From Patescibacteria group bacterium (GTDB taxonomy: Bacteria > Patescibacteriota > Minisyncoccia > Phycocordibacterales > JAKFXT01): DNA of 64,000 nt. Below, in pieces: positions 54,280 to 62,938 of this stretch. Numbering within the stretch: position 1 is the first letter of the stretch; every line of letters starts with the position of its first letter. The translations under genes were made by a program, and so were the position numbers. The stretch spans positions 22,936 through 86,935 of the forward strand of contig JBBTUX010000010.1 of NCBI GenBank assembly GCA_038063555.1, written 5' to 3'. Below the pieces are notes generated by a model. It was not told where the DNA came from. It made no database searches and worked only from the letters and a program-made list of their open reading frames with translations.

Positions 54280-54355
54280 GTTACGAGATATGAGTTATGA
54301 TAAAGGCATAAGAAGGTGAACAATTTTTAATATCGTAACTCCTAACTCATAACTC
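54271..54355. repeat. Gene-less inverted type-B heptamer arrays
   Basis: GAGATAT GAGTTAC GAGATAT GAGTTAT / GTAACTC CTAACTC ATAACTC. Confidence 0.8.
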
Positions 54356-54368
54356 AAAATTTCAGTGT

Positions 54369-56831
54369 ATGGCAAAAATCTCAAAAAAAGAAAAAGCTGA
54401 AAGTAGCGCCAAAGCCAAGCGTTTGGTTCTCCTTGACTCTCACGCTATTTTGCACCGTGCCTTTCACGCGCTTCCAGATTTTTCTACAGGGAAAGGTGAG
54501 CCAACAGGAGCCCTTTATGGACTTTCAGCCATGCTCATTAAAATAATCAATGATTTAAAGCCAGATTATGTTGCCGCTTGTTTTGATTTAGCGGGGCCAA
54601 CCTTTAGACACGACGCTTATGAAGGATACAAGGCGAAGCGCATAAAAACTGATGACAATTTAATTACGCAAATAAATAGAAGCCGAGATATTTTCAAAGC
54701 GTTCAGTATTCCAATTTATGAATACGCTGGTTTTGAAGCCGACGATATGCTCGGGACAATTGTAGAGCAAGTATCCGCCAAAGGCGGATTCGCCTCTGGC
54801 GGAAAAGAAATAGATGTAATTATTGCTTCAGGGGACATGGACACTATGCAATTAATTAATGATAAAAAAGTAAGGGTTTACACTCTCAAAAAAGGAATAA
54901 ATGACACTATAATTTATGATGAAAAAGCCGTAATAGAAAGGTTTGGTTTTCCACCCAAACTTTTGCCGGACTACAAAGGGCTTCGTGGAGACCCGTCGGA
55001 TAATATTATTGGTATTGCTGGAATTGGAGAAAAAACAGCCACGGATTTGATTGTTAATTTTGGCACAATTGAAAATATTTATAAAAAGTTAAAAAAAGAT
55101 AAAGAAGCATTTGTTAAAGTTGGTATTAAAGAAAGAATAATAAAGTTGCTTGAAGAGGGGGAAGAAGAGGCGGAGTTTAGCAAGGAATTGGCCACCATTA
55201 GAAAAGACGCGCCCATTGAGTATAAAATTCCAAACGAAGAGTGGACCAAGCAATTTAAAATTGAAGAAGCACTGTCTTTGTTTTCTGACTTGGAGTTTAG
55301 GGCCCTGTCTCGGCGCATAAAGGAGGTTTTTGGAAAAAATGTCCCGGCACCCGAAGAGACGCCTGAAGGGATCGGGACCTCCACCTCTGAAAGTATTCAG
55401 AGCGTCGGGGAGAGTGACATAAAGGAAGTTGGCCTTGCTCTTTGGGTTATTAATTCTAATTACACTAATCCGACACAGGACGACATTTATCATTACGCTA
55501 AAACAAATGAATTTGAAAAAGCCAAAAGTATTATTTTTGCCGAAATAAAAAAGCAAAAGCTGGATTTTATTTACGAAAAAATAGAAAAACCGCTTATTCC
55601 CATTTTGAAAAAAATGCACGAAAGAGGCATTCAGGTTGATACTAAATATTTAAAAGAACTTTCTAAGGAATATACTATTGAATTGCAAAAGTTTGAGAAA
55701 GTTATATATCGTCATGCTGGTTTTGAATTTAATATAAATTCTCCGAAACAACTTGGTGAAGCGCTTTTTGAAAAAATGGGATTGGGTTTAAAAAATCAAA
55801 AGAAAACTTCAACTGGGCAAAAATCCACGCGCGAGTCCGAGCTTGAAAAAATGAAGGAATTGCATCCAATAATTGCCGAGATTCTTTCTTACCGAGAATT
55901 ACAAAAACTCCTTTCAACTTACATAGACAATATTCCAGAGATGGTTGGCGTTGACGGTCGTTTGCATTGCGATTTCATTCCGACCGGCTCTACCACAGGA
56001 CGCTTTTCTTCGGCAAATCCCAATATGCAAAATATCCCAATAAAAACAGAGCTAGGAAGGAGAATCAGAAGCGCTTTTATTGCCGAAAGAGGATTTCTCT
56101 TGGCATCCTTTGACTATTCACAAATTGAACTTAAAGTTGCCGCTTTTCTTTCGGGGGACGAAAAATTGATTGAAATTTTTTCCTCCGAAGGCGGATCCGC
56201 CTCTGGCGGAAAAAGGGCAGATATTCATACATCGGTCGCAGCCCAGGTTTTTGGTGTGCCAGAGGAATTGGTGGACAAAGAAATGCGTCGCCAAGCTAAA
56301 GTGATAAACTTCGGAATTCTTTATGGAATGGGAGTGAATGCTTTAAAACAAAATCTAGGAACAAATAGAGCGGACGCCCAGAAATTCTATAATGATTATT
56401 TCAAAAATTTTTCAGGTATTGCCAATTATTTAAACAAAGTGAAAGCGGAGGCCTTTAGAAAAGGTTATACGGAAACATTTTTTGGCCGCCGCCGCTATTT
56501 TGAGGGAATTAAATCACCCCTTCCCTTTATTCGTGCGGCGGCGGAGCGTATGGCTATAAATGCGCCAATTCAAGGGACGCAAGCGGATATTATAAAAATT
56601 GCTATGAGTAGAATTGAAGAAATGATTAAAAAAGAAGGATTGGAAAAAGAGGTTTTTCCGCTTCTACAAATTCACGACGAACTTATTTATGAAATAAAAG
56701 AGGATTTAATTGAGAGTATTGCTCCCAAAATTCAGAAAATTATGGAAGATGTAATTTTACCCAAAGAAATTTATGGAATTAGGCTTAACGCCAGCTTCTC
56801 AAAAGGTAAAAATTGGGGGGAGATGTATTAG
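54369..56831 (+). CDS. polA: DNA polymerase I
   Basis: 5'-3' exonuclease (FEADD, GDPSDNI) and polymerase motifs (DYSQIEL, KVINFGILYG, LQIHDEL); two 10-aa palindrome-encoded inserts. Confidence 0.97.
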   Translation: MAKISKKEKAESSAKAKRLVLLDSHAILHRAFHALPDFSTGKGEPTGALYGLSAMLIKIINDLKPDYVAACFDLAGPTFRHDAYEGYKAKRIKTDDNLITQINRSRDIFKAFSIPIYEYAGFEADDMLGTIVEQVSAKGGFASGGKEIDVIIASGDMDTMQLINDKKVRVYTLKKGINDTIIYDEKAVIERFGFPPKLLPDYKGLRGDPSDNIIGIAGIGEKTATDLIVNFGTIENIYKKLKKDKEAFVKVGIKERIIKLLEEGEEEAEFSKELATIRKDAPIEYKIPNEEWTKQFKIEEALSLFSDLEFRALSRRIKEVFGKNVPAPEETPEGIGTSTSESIQSVGESDIKEVGLALWVINSNYTNPTQDDIYHYAKTNEFEKAKSIIFAEIKKQKLDFIYEKIEKPLIPILKKMHERGIQVDTKYLKELSKEYTIELQKFEKVIYRHAGFEFNINSPKQLGEALFEKMGLGLKNQKKTSTGQKSTRESELEKMKELHPIIAEILSYRELQKLLSTYIDNIPEMVGVDGRLHCDFIPTGSTTGRFSSANPNMQNIPIKTELGRRIRSAFIAERGFLLASFDYSQIELKVAAFLSGDEKLIEIFSSEGGSASGGKRADIHTSVAAQVFGVPEELVDKEMRRQAKVINFGILYGMGVNALKQNLGTNRADAQKFYNDYFKNFSGIANYLNKVKAEAFRKGYTETFFGRRRYFEGIKSPLPFIRAAAERMAINAPIQGTQADIIKIAMSRIEEMIKKEGLEKEVFPLLQIHDELIYEIKEDLIESIAPKIQKIMEDVILPKEIYGIRLNASFSKGKNWGEMY

Positions 56832-56873
56832 TTGTTGTAATTACTGGAATAAGTGATAATAGAAAAAATATTT

Positions 56874-57392
56874 ATGAAACAAAATGATTTTGCTGAAAGT
56901 ATGCTTAAAGGGCGTATGGCGGAAACTCTTTTTGAGGGATTAATGAAAGATTCAGGAAATAAAGTATATAGATTCGGCTATGAAGCAATTACTCAAAATC
57001 TTGTTCAGCTCGGAGAAAGTTTTGATAAATATGGGGAAGTAAGTGAAAAAATAAGAGCTATTCCGGACTTTATAGTCATTGATAAAAAGGGAAAACCACA
57101 ATTTGTTGAGGTAAAATTTAGATGGGAACCAAACGAACCACTTTACGATCAAAGTGTCGGTATTCTTAATCGCGTTGCGAAGTATTGGAACGCCCCCGTT
57201 GTTTTTATGAATTGTTGGGAACAACCATTTTTTCGAGTCAGTGTTCCTCCATATTTTGATAAAAATAAAAGATTAATATATAAACCAATAACATCAATTT
57301 CTGAATGGAGTATTGAGCAGAAGATTTACAACAAATATGAAAATTTGATCCACAAGTACTTAACCCCAACACTAGTTCCTCCCAAAAAATAA
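56874..57392 (+). CDS. PD-(D/E)XK nuclease-like protein
   Basis: GRMAE..IPDFIV..FVEVKFR. Confidence 0.7.
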   Translation: MKQNDFAESMLKGRMAETLFEGLMKDSGNKVYRFGYEAITQNLVQLGESFDKYGEVSEKIRAIPDFIVIDKKGKPQFVEVKFRWEPNEPLYDQSVGILNRVAKYWNAPVVFMNCWEQPFFRVSVPPYFDKNKRLIYKPITSISEWSIEQKIYNKYENLIHKYLTPTLVPPKK

Positions 57393-57395
57393 AAC

Positions 57396-58085
57396 ATGCT
57401 CTACATTTTCTATGGAAACGATAGGTTGAGAGCTTTAAAAGCAACTGAGGCAGTTTTAGAAAAATCTAATTCCAGTAAAAGAATTTCCTTTGATGAAAGT
57501 TTGGAAAATCCAATAGAGCTTTTATCATTAGCTACGATTAATGATTTATTTGCCGAAAAAACTTTTATTAAATGTGATGGAGTTTTGGAAAGTGCTTATA
57601 AAGAAGAAGTACTTAAATACACAGAATCATTTCAAGAATCTCAAAACACCTTTGTTTTTTTGGAAAATGCTATAAAAGCAGACACGCTTAAGATTTTAAA
57701 AAAGCATTCGGAAAAAGTAGAAGAATTTAAAATAATTGATAAGAAGAAAGAAAAATTTAATATTTTTGAAGTTAGCGATGCCTTTGGTTTGCGCGATAAG
57801 AAAACTCTCTGGGTTTTATATACCAAAGCATTGGATGCTGGAAAAAGCGGAGAAGAAATTGTCGGCACTATCTTTTGGCAATTAAAATCAATGCTGCTCG
57901 TTTCAAAGGGCGATGCTTCAGGACTTAGTCCATTTGTGGCAAATAAGGCCAAACAATTTTTGAAAAATTACAAGAGCGAGGAAATAGAAAAAATGTCCTT
58001 TGATCTCTTAAAACGTTATCACGAATCTCGTCGCGGGCGTTATGATTTAGAAACCACCCTAGAAAGATTTATTCTTTCGGTTTAG
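57396..58085 (+). CDS. holA: DNA polymerase III delta subunit-like
   Basis: MLYIFYGND, DLFAEK, FNIFEVSDA, LSPFVANKA, LERFIL. Confidence 0.75.
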   Translation: MLYIFYGNDRLRALKATEAVLEKSNSSKRISFDESLENPIELLSLATINDLFAEKTFIKCDGVLESAYKEEVLKYTESFQESQNTFVFLENAIKADTLKILKKHSEKVEEFKIIDKKKEKFNIFEVSDAFGLRDKKTLWVLYTKALDAGKSGEEIVGTIFWQLKSMLLVSKGDASGLSPFVANKAKQFLKNYKSEEIEKMSFDLLKRYHESRRGRYDLETTLERFILSV

Positions 58086-58158
58086 AAAACAATACCCCGC
58101 GCGAAGCGCGGGGCTTTGAAGCATGGTGCAGTTAAGAGATGTCCCCTCCAGGTCTAGC

Positions 58159-58494
58159 TTAGGTTTTCGTGAGTGCCCCCTGAAGCTTTTGGATTGCTCC
58201 AGCCCGTATGGGCTCGGGCACATCCTCGAGAAGGCGAGCTAGTTCGGAGACGTGTTTGTCTACCTCACTGTTCAACCTGGACGCTTCTCTCGTTATCCTT
58301 TCGGTGATGTGCCCAGGAAGATCCTCAGCATTTTCCCATAGATCGATCGATGCGATAGTTCCGTTGCCGAACCCAGAGGCTCCCCGACCGAGCACCACTT
58401 TTTCGGCGAGATGCATGTTCGAGACATAACCCACAATTGATCTGTCGCGACCGTCTACACCGCAGTCCCAGCACTGAAAAATCGGTTTCATCAA
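58159..58494 (-). CDS. Orphan hypothetical protein (self-contained cassette)
   Basis: TTGACT-16-TAACCT at 58562-58535, AGGAG SD, hairpin 58095-58113; GC-richer than flanks. Confidence 0.6.
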   Translation of the reverse strand: MMKPIFQCWDCGVDGRDRSIVGYVSNMHLAEKVVLGRGASGFGNGTIASIDLWENAEDLPGHITERITREASRLNSEVDKHVSELARLLEDVPEPIRAGAIQKLQGALTKT

Positions 58495-58571
58495 AGACTC
58501 CTACGTTTACGAGAAAAGACTCGCTCTGAAAGCTAGGTTACTCTTGCAAAAGAGAAAGTCAATTATTAATA

Positions 58572-59729
58572 CTAATTCCGGCTATTAAGCCAGAGTTTTT
58601 CGTAGAAGTAAGTTACTACCGCTCCAAATGAGATTAGCCAAATGAGAGCAAGTATTAACCAGCCCAAAATCGGAATAAAGCAAAGGAGAGAAAGGACTAG
58701 AGCGCCAATGGTTATTGTCTTCCAAGAGAGGTGAAGTGCCTCATCTCTTTTTACCCACTTTGCAATTAAAGATCCTGCTACAAGCGCAGTCGAGGCCTTG
58801 GATAGAATTATCAATAGGGCAAACACAGCAAGGACACCCCAACCTATAAACCAGCCCAAAATTGTTGCAAGAAGTATAATTCCCGCAATTGGCATAACGA
58901 TTGCCGTTATAAAACCGCGAAGCATTGATTGGCCGGTTTTTGTGAGAGAATTTGTTGTTACTTCATTTGCAAACTTTGGCATAAAGAAGAAAAGAAAAAG
59001 TGCGCCTATAAGCATCATTAGAAATGAAGTGGTGGCAAAACCGGCAATAAGAGCTCCAACCCAAGAGGCAGAATTCTTGTTTTCTTTTACGCCTCTGCCA
59101 GCTTTTTCTTCAAAGGTTACTTTGCCAGTAACTACTCCTGTAGGAATTTCCACTTCTTTTTTAGATTTATAATTTAAATTACCTTTTATTTTTGCGTCTG
59201 GTCCGAAAGAAAGTTTTTCATCCGCTTTTACAGAAACATCTCCGTTTATTGTGCCGTTTATAACAATTTCTCCACCTATTATGCGGGCTGTTTTTGCGGC
59301 AATTCCATCAAAAGTAACTATGCCGCCCGCTATAATCAGATCTCCGCCAATATTTGTTTTTGAAGAAATGGTGACGGTGCCTCCAGCCACCATCAAATCT
59401 TTAACAATTAAAGAGTTCACCAAAACATTACTTCCTGCAATACGAGCGTCCCCGCCAACTGCGCCAAGAAGAGAAACTGTGGCTCCTAGAAGCCAAGCGT
59501 CATCAGAGATATTTTCTGAAACCAAAACAGTGGCTCCAGCCGCAAGAGCGTCCCCAAAGATTATTTGTTGAATGGAAACGCTTTTTCCAGCCACATAAAC
59601 ATTTTCGCGAATTTCCGTGTCTCTCTTAACCGAAACATTCCCATCTTTTTCGTGCAAAAAGAGAGCGGCGTTTGTCGAAAGGGGGAGAAATAAGCCCAAG
59701 ACAAGAGAGGTCAAAAGAATCTTTTTCAT
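58572..59729 (-). CDS. Beta-helix (bactofilin/polymer-forming-like) membrane protein
   Basis: Signal peptide, repeated GD...AGG.V.I motifs, C-terminal multi-TM domain. Confidence 0.75.
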   Translation of the reverse strand: MKKILLTSLVLGLFLPLSTNAALFLHEKDGNVSVKRDTEIRENVYVAGKSVSIQQIIFGDALAAGATVLVSENISDDAWLLGATVSLLGAVGGDARIAGSNVLVNSLIVKDLMVAGGTVTISSKTNIGGDLIIAGGIVTFDGIAAKTARIIGGEIVINGTINGDVSVKADEKLSFGPDAKIKGNLNYKSKKEVEIPTGVVTGKVTFEEKAGRGVKENKNSASWVGALIAGFATTSFLMMLIGALFLFFFMPKFANEVTTNSLTKTGQSMLRGFITAIVMPIAGIILLATILGWFIGWGVLAVFALLIILSKASTALVAGSLIAKWVKRDEALHLSWKTITIGALVLSLLCFIPILGWLILALIWLISFGAVVTYFYEKLWLNSRN

Positions 59730-59902
59730 ATGTTTATAGAGTTATACTGCCTTTTAATAATAACATGTCGTCACAAGTTTTTTCTTGCTAGAAAAACTCG
59801 CGACCCGACAAGACAATATAGTGCCTAAGCACTTTTTGTCCGCGACCGCCACGCTCCGGCTCGGACAAGTTTTAAACTTTGTCCCACAAACTTTAAAACT
59901 TG

Positions 59903-59974
59903 TCCGCCCGGGAGGAATCGAACCTCCGACCAATTGCTTAAAAGGCAACTGCTCTACCCCTGAGCTACGGGCGG
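59903..59974 (-). tRNA. tRNA-Lys(TTT), CCA not encoded
   Basis: CCGCCCG TAGCTCAGGGGTAGAGC..GTTGC-CT-TTT-AA-GCAAT..GGAGGTTCGATTCCTCC CGGGCGG A. Confidence 0.95.
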
Positions 59975-60023
59975 TTAATCAATAGTGTAGCAATTTACAA
60001 TAGAATTCCCCAAAAGAGAAGGT

Positions 60024-60431
60024 TTATAAAGGCAAATCAAGCGCAATAGCACCGGCGCCAAAATAGATTAAAGAAAAACAAACGGCGCCAAAGAGAACAA
60101 AGAAAAGAATACTTTCTTGTTCGGGGGATTCCTTTATAATTTTCATTGTAATTATAAGCACAGAAAGAACTCCCAAAATAAGGGCGGCAATTTGCGTAAA
60201 AAGTCCTATGATTAAAAGAATGCCGCAAACCAGTAAAATAAAACCAAAAATAAAAGAAAAGAATTTTCCAGGCATTAATTTAAACTTGGCAAATACCTCG
60301 CTATTGTGATTACGTTCTTTACCCAAAGCGCGACTAGCCAAAACTAAAGTAATTATGCCAATCACAATACGTAACACGGAAATAGTTACAAACCAATAAT
60401 TGAGTGCATTTTCAAAAACAGAAAATATCAT
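60024..60431 (-). CDS. DoxX family membrane protein
   Basis: LRIVIG..GILLIIGLFTQIAA..GAGAIALD. Confidence 0.8.
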   Translation of the reverse strand: MIFSVFENALNYWFVTISVLRIVIGIITLVLASRALGKERNHNSEVFAKFKLMPGKFFSFIFGFILLVCGILLIIGLFTQIAALILGVLSVLIITMKIIKESPEQESILFFVLFGAVCFSLIYFGAGAIALDLPL

Positions 60432-60481
60432 TATGATATTCTAACATAATGATATAGAGCGTAGAACATGGAACATAAAAC

Positions 60482-60979
60482 ATGAAAAAGGAGATTTGTT
60501 TAATACTGGACAATATTAGAAGTGCAGAAAATGTGGGCTCCATTTTCCGCACCTCGGACGCTGTCGGAGTTTCTAAAATTTTTCTTATTGGCATAACGCC
60601 TTGCCCCATAGATAGATTTGGCAGAGAAAGAAAAGACATTGCTAAATCTGCTTTGGGAGCAGAAAAAACAATTGAATGGGAGTATCGCAAAAACGCTGTT
60701 CAACTTTTGCGGGAATTAAAGAAAAGAAAATTCTTAATAATTGCACTTGAACAAGATGAGAAAGCCCTGGATTACAAAAAAATATCCGCCAGAGGCGGAC
60801 CAGCCTATGGCTGGAAAGGGAGGACAGCTTTAATCATTGGCAATGAAGTCACGGGAATTTCCAAAGAAATATTAAAAATGAGTGATTGTGTAGTCGAAAT
60901 CCCAATGAAGGGCAAAAAAGAATCATTAAATGTTTCCGTTGCGACGGGTGTTGCCCTGTATCGTTTGCTCAAGATATAA
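60482..60979 (+). CDS. TrmH/SpoU family RNA methyltransferase
   Basis: LDNIRSAENVGSIFRT, IIGNEVTG, IPMKGKKESLNVSVA. Confidence 0.92.
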   Translation: MKKEICLILDNIRSAENVGSIFRTSDAVGVSKIFLIGITPCPIDRFGRERKDIAKSALGAEKTIEWEYRKNAVQLLRELKKRKFLIIALEQDEKALDYKKISARGGPAYGWKGRTALIIGNEVTGISKEILKMSDCVVEIPMKGKKESLNVSVATGVALYRLLKI

Positions 60980-61024
60980 ACTATTCTGATATTCTGCAGA
61001 ATAGCAGAATAGTTTTAGCTCGGG

Positions 61025-61891
61025 TTAATACTCAAAATAGGCGACGGTCTGTTTATTTAAATCCTGAAGCAAAACAATTTCGCGTCTGGTATCCCAAAGG
61101 GGTTCATCATAATTTAAATATATCCACCACTGCTTACCGTAAAAATCCCTATCATTCCTGTGTTTTTTCAAACACTCGGAATAATTTATTTTGGTAGTTA
61201 CATATTGGGCGCAGTCATAGCCAAGGGAAAGCGAAGTTTCAAAATCAAGTGTCGGCACAGTACAAGAAGAAATACTGTCTATATAATCAAAACAAGTGTT
61301 TCTGTAAGTTGCTCCTATAAAAGGCAAAATTTCATCGCGCGGCGATGGACAAGAGGGAAGAGATGGATAATGATTGTATTGACCCAAATAGCCAACGCAC
61401 TTATTTTCCTTGAAAGAATAACCATTTGGCGAACGCCCTGTTATTAAATAAGCTCTGTCGCCTGGAGAAAGATAAATTGTTTCTTCTACATTCAGAACTC
61501 CGGTAAATGGCAGTATGGTCGCTTTTCTAATATCTGTTCCTCTGCCGGAAACGGCGCTTTTAATAGTAAAACCAGTGATATTTATTCTTGAGGGAGCATT
61601 ATTAGAAACCTCAATTTCCAAGTATTCATTTTTAGGGTCGCTACCGCCCAGAGACCCGGCGCGTAAAGATATGTATTCAGAAAGTGGAGAAAGTGTGCCT
61701 ATAGACTTTTTGTTTTCTACTTGCCGTTTTTCTTCTTGAGTTTGAGGGGTGTTGTTTTCAGAGGAGTTTTGATTATTGTTTCCATAATTTCCGCCCCCAC
61801 TTGGAGCTCCAGCACCTACCCAAGCCAAAGCAACAATACCTATTATTATTAAGAAAAAACCAAAATCATCCTTTGGGCCTTTGGACGCCAT
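61025..61891 (-). CDS. Membrane-anchored Cys-containing extracellular protein (lamin-tail-like)
   Basis: N-terminal TM, NEYLEI..INITGFTI, several Cys. Confidence 0.65.
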   Translation of the reverse strand: MASKGPKDDFGFFLIIIGIVALAWVGAGAPSGGGNYGNNNQNSSENNTPQTQEEKRQVENKKSIGTLSPLSEYISLRAGSLGGSDPKNEYLEIEVSNNAPSRINITGFTIKSAVSGRGTDIRKATILPFTGVLNVEETIYLSPGDRAYLITGRSPNGYSFKENKCVGYLGQYNHYPSLPSCPSPRDEILPFIGATYRNTCFDYIDSISSCTVPTLDFETSLSLGYDCAQYVTTKINYSECLKKHRNDRDFYGKQWWIYLNYDEPLWDTRREIVLLQDLNKQTVAYFEY

Positions 61892-61929
61892 GTGTGTTTA
61901 TAATATCAACAAATTGCCCAATTGTTGAA

Positions 61930-62862
61930 TTAGGAACAGAGAAGTTTTTGATGTTTAGAACAAAAGTGAGCACTTCGGCCATTTACTATTTTTCGTAAAA
62001 TTACTCCTTTGCATTGGTGTTTTTGACAGGGCTTACCTGTTTTTCTGTAGGCCATGTGTTTATTTTGGAATTTGCCTTTTTTGCCATCAACATTTCTATA
62101 GTCAGAGGTTGAATCTCCCCCAAAGTGAATACCGCCCTTTAGGGCTGGTTTGATTGCCCGAAAAACTTTTTGCAAAAGTTTTTCGGGTAAATTTCGCACT
62201 CTCTCTTCTGGATTAACCCCAGAATGAAAAAGAATTTCATCAGAGTAAATATTGCCAATTCCAGAAATCACAGTTTGATCCATCAAAGCTGTTTTTATTT
62301 TGGTGTTTTGGCGTTTAAAAATTCGCTCCCTAAAAATTTTATATGTAAAATTTTTAGGGAGGGGTTCGGGTCCCAAGTGCGCAAGGTGAGGGGAATGAAG
62401 AAGTTTGTCGGTTTCAATAAGAGCAATTTTCCCAAATTTTCTCGTGTCGCAAAAAACAAGATGTTTTCCATTACTAAGCGTAAAAACAGCATGAATGAAG
62501 CGATTAAACGGGTTACGGAGAGCCTCGTTCTTTTCTTTTTCGTGTGGTATCCAAACTTCCTTTTTCTTTTTGTTGGTTGTTGGTTGTAAGTCGTAGGTTT
62601 TTTTGTAATACCCAACCATTAAATGACCAGTCATTTTCATATGAATTAAGACCGTTTTATTACCCGAAAGATTTATCAATATATTTTTGGCACGTCTTTT
62701 AATAGAAATTACTTTTTTATTTAATATTTCTTTTTTAAATTTAGAAAAGGCAATGGAGTGAAACATTTTTTCGAAGTCCGTCCAAACATCTTTTATCGAA
62801 AGCTTGGGTAGGACTTTCTGTAGTCCAGAAACGGTTGTTTGTACCTCGGGTAATTCGGGCAT
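61930..62862 (-). CDS. mutM: Formamidopyrimidine-DNA glycosylase
   Basis: MPELPEV, HMKMTG, DTRKFG, LGPEP, GIGNIYSDE, C-terminal zinc finger. Confidence 0.96.
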   Translation of the reverse strand: MPELPEVQTTVSGLQKVLPKLSIKDVWTDFEKMFHSIAFSKFKKEILNKKVISIKRRAKNILINLSGNKTVLIHMKMTGHLMVGYYKKTYDLQPTTNKKKKEVWIPHEKEKNEALRNPFNRFIHAVFTLSNGKHLVFCDTRKFGKIALIETDKLLHSPHLAHLGPEPLPKNFTYKIFRERIFKRQNTKIKTALMDQTVISGIGNIYSDEILFHSGVNPEERVRNLPEKLLQKVFRAIKPALKGGIHFGGDSTSDYRNVDGKKGKFQNKHMAYRKTGKPCQKHQCKGVILRKIVNGRSAHFCSKHQKLLCS

Positions 62863-62938
62863 GTATTAAACTTACAATAAGTAACCCACAACTAACAAGT
62901 TTTATAAAAAAATATCATTTTTTGATATAATTGAATCC

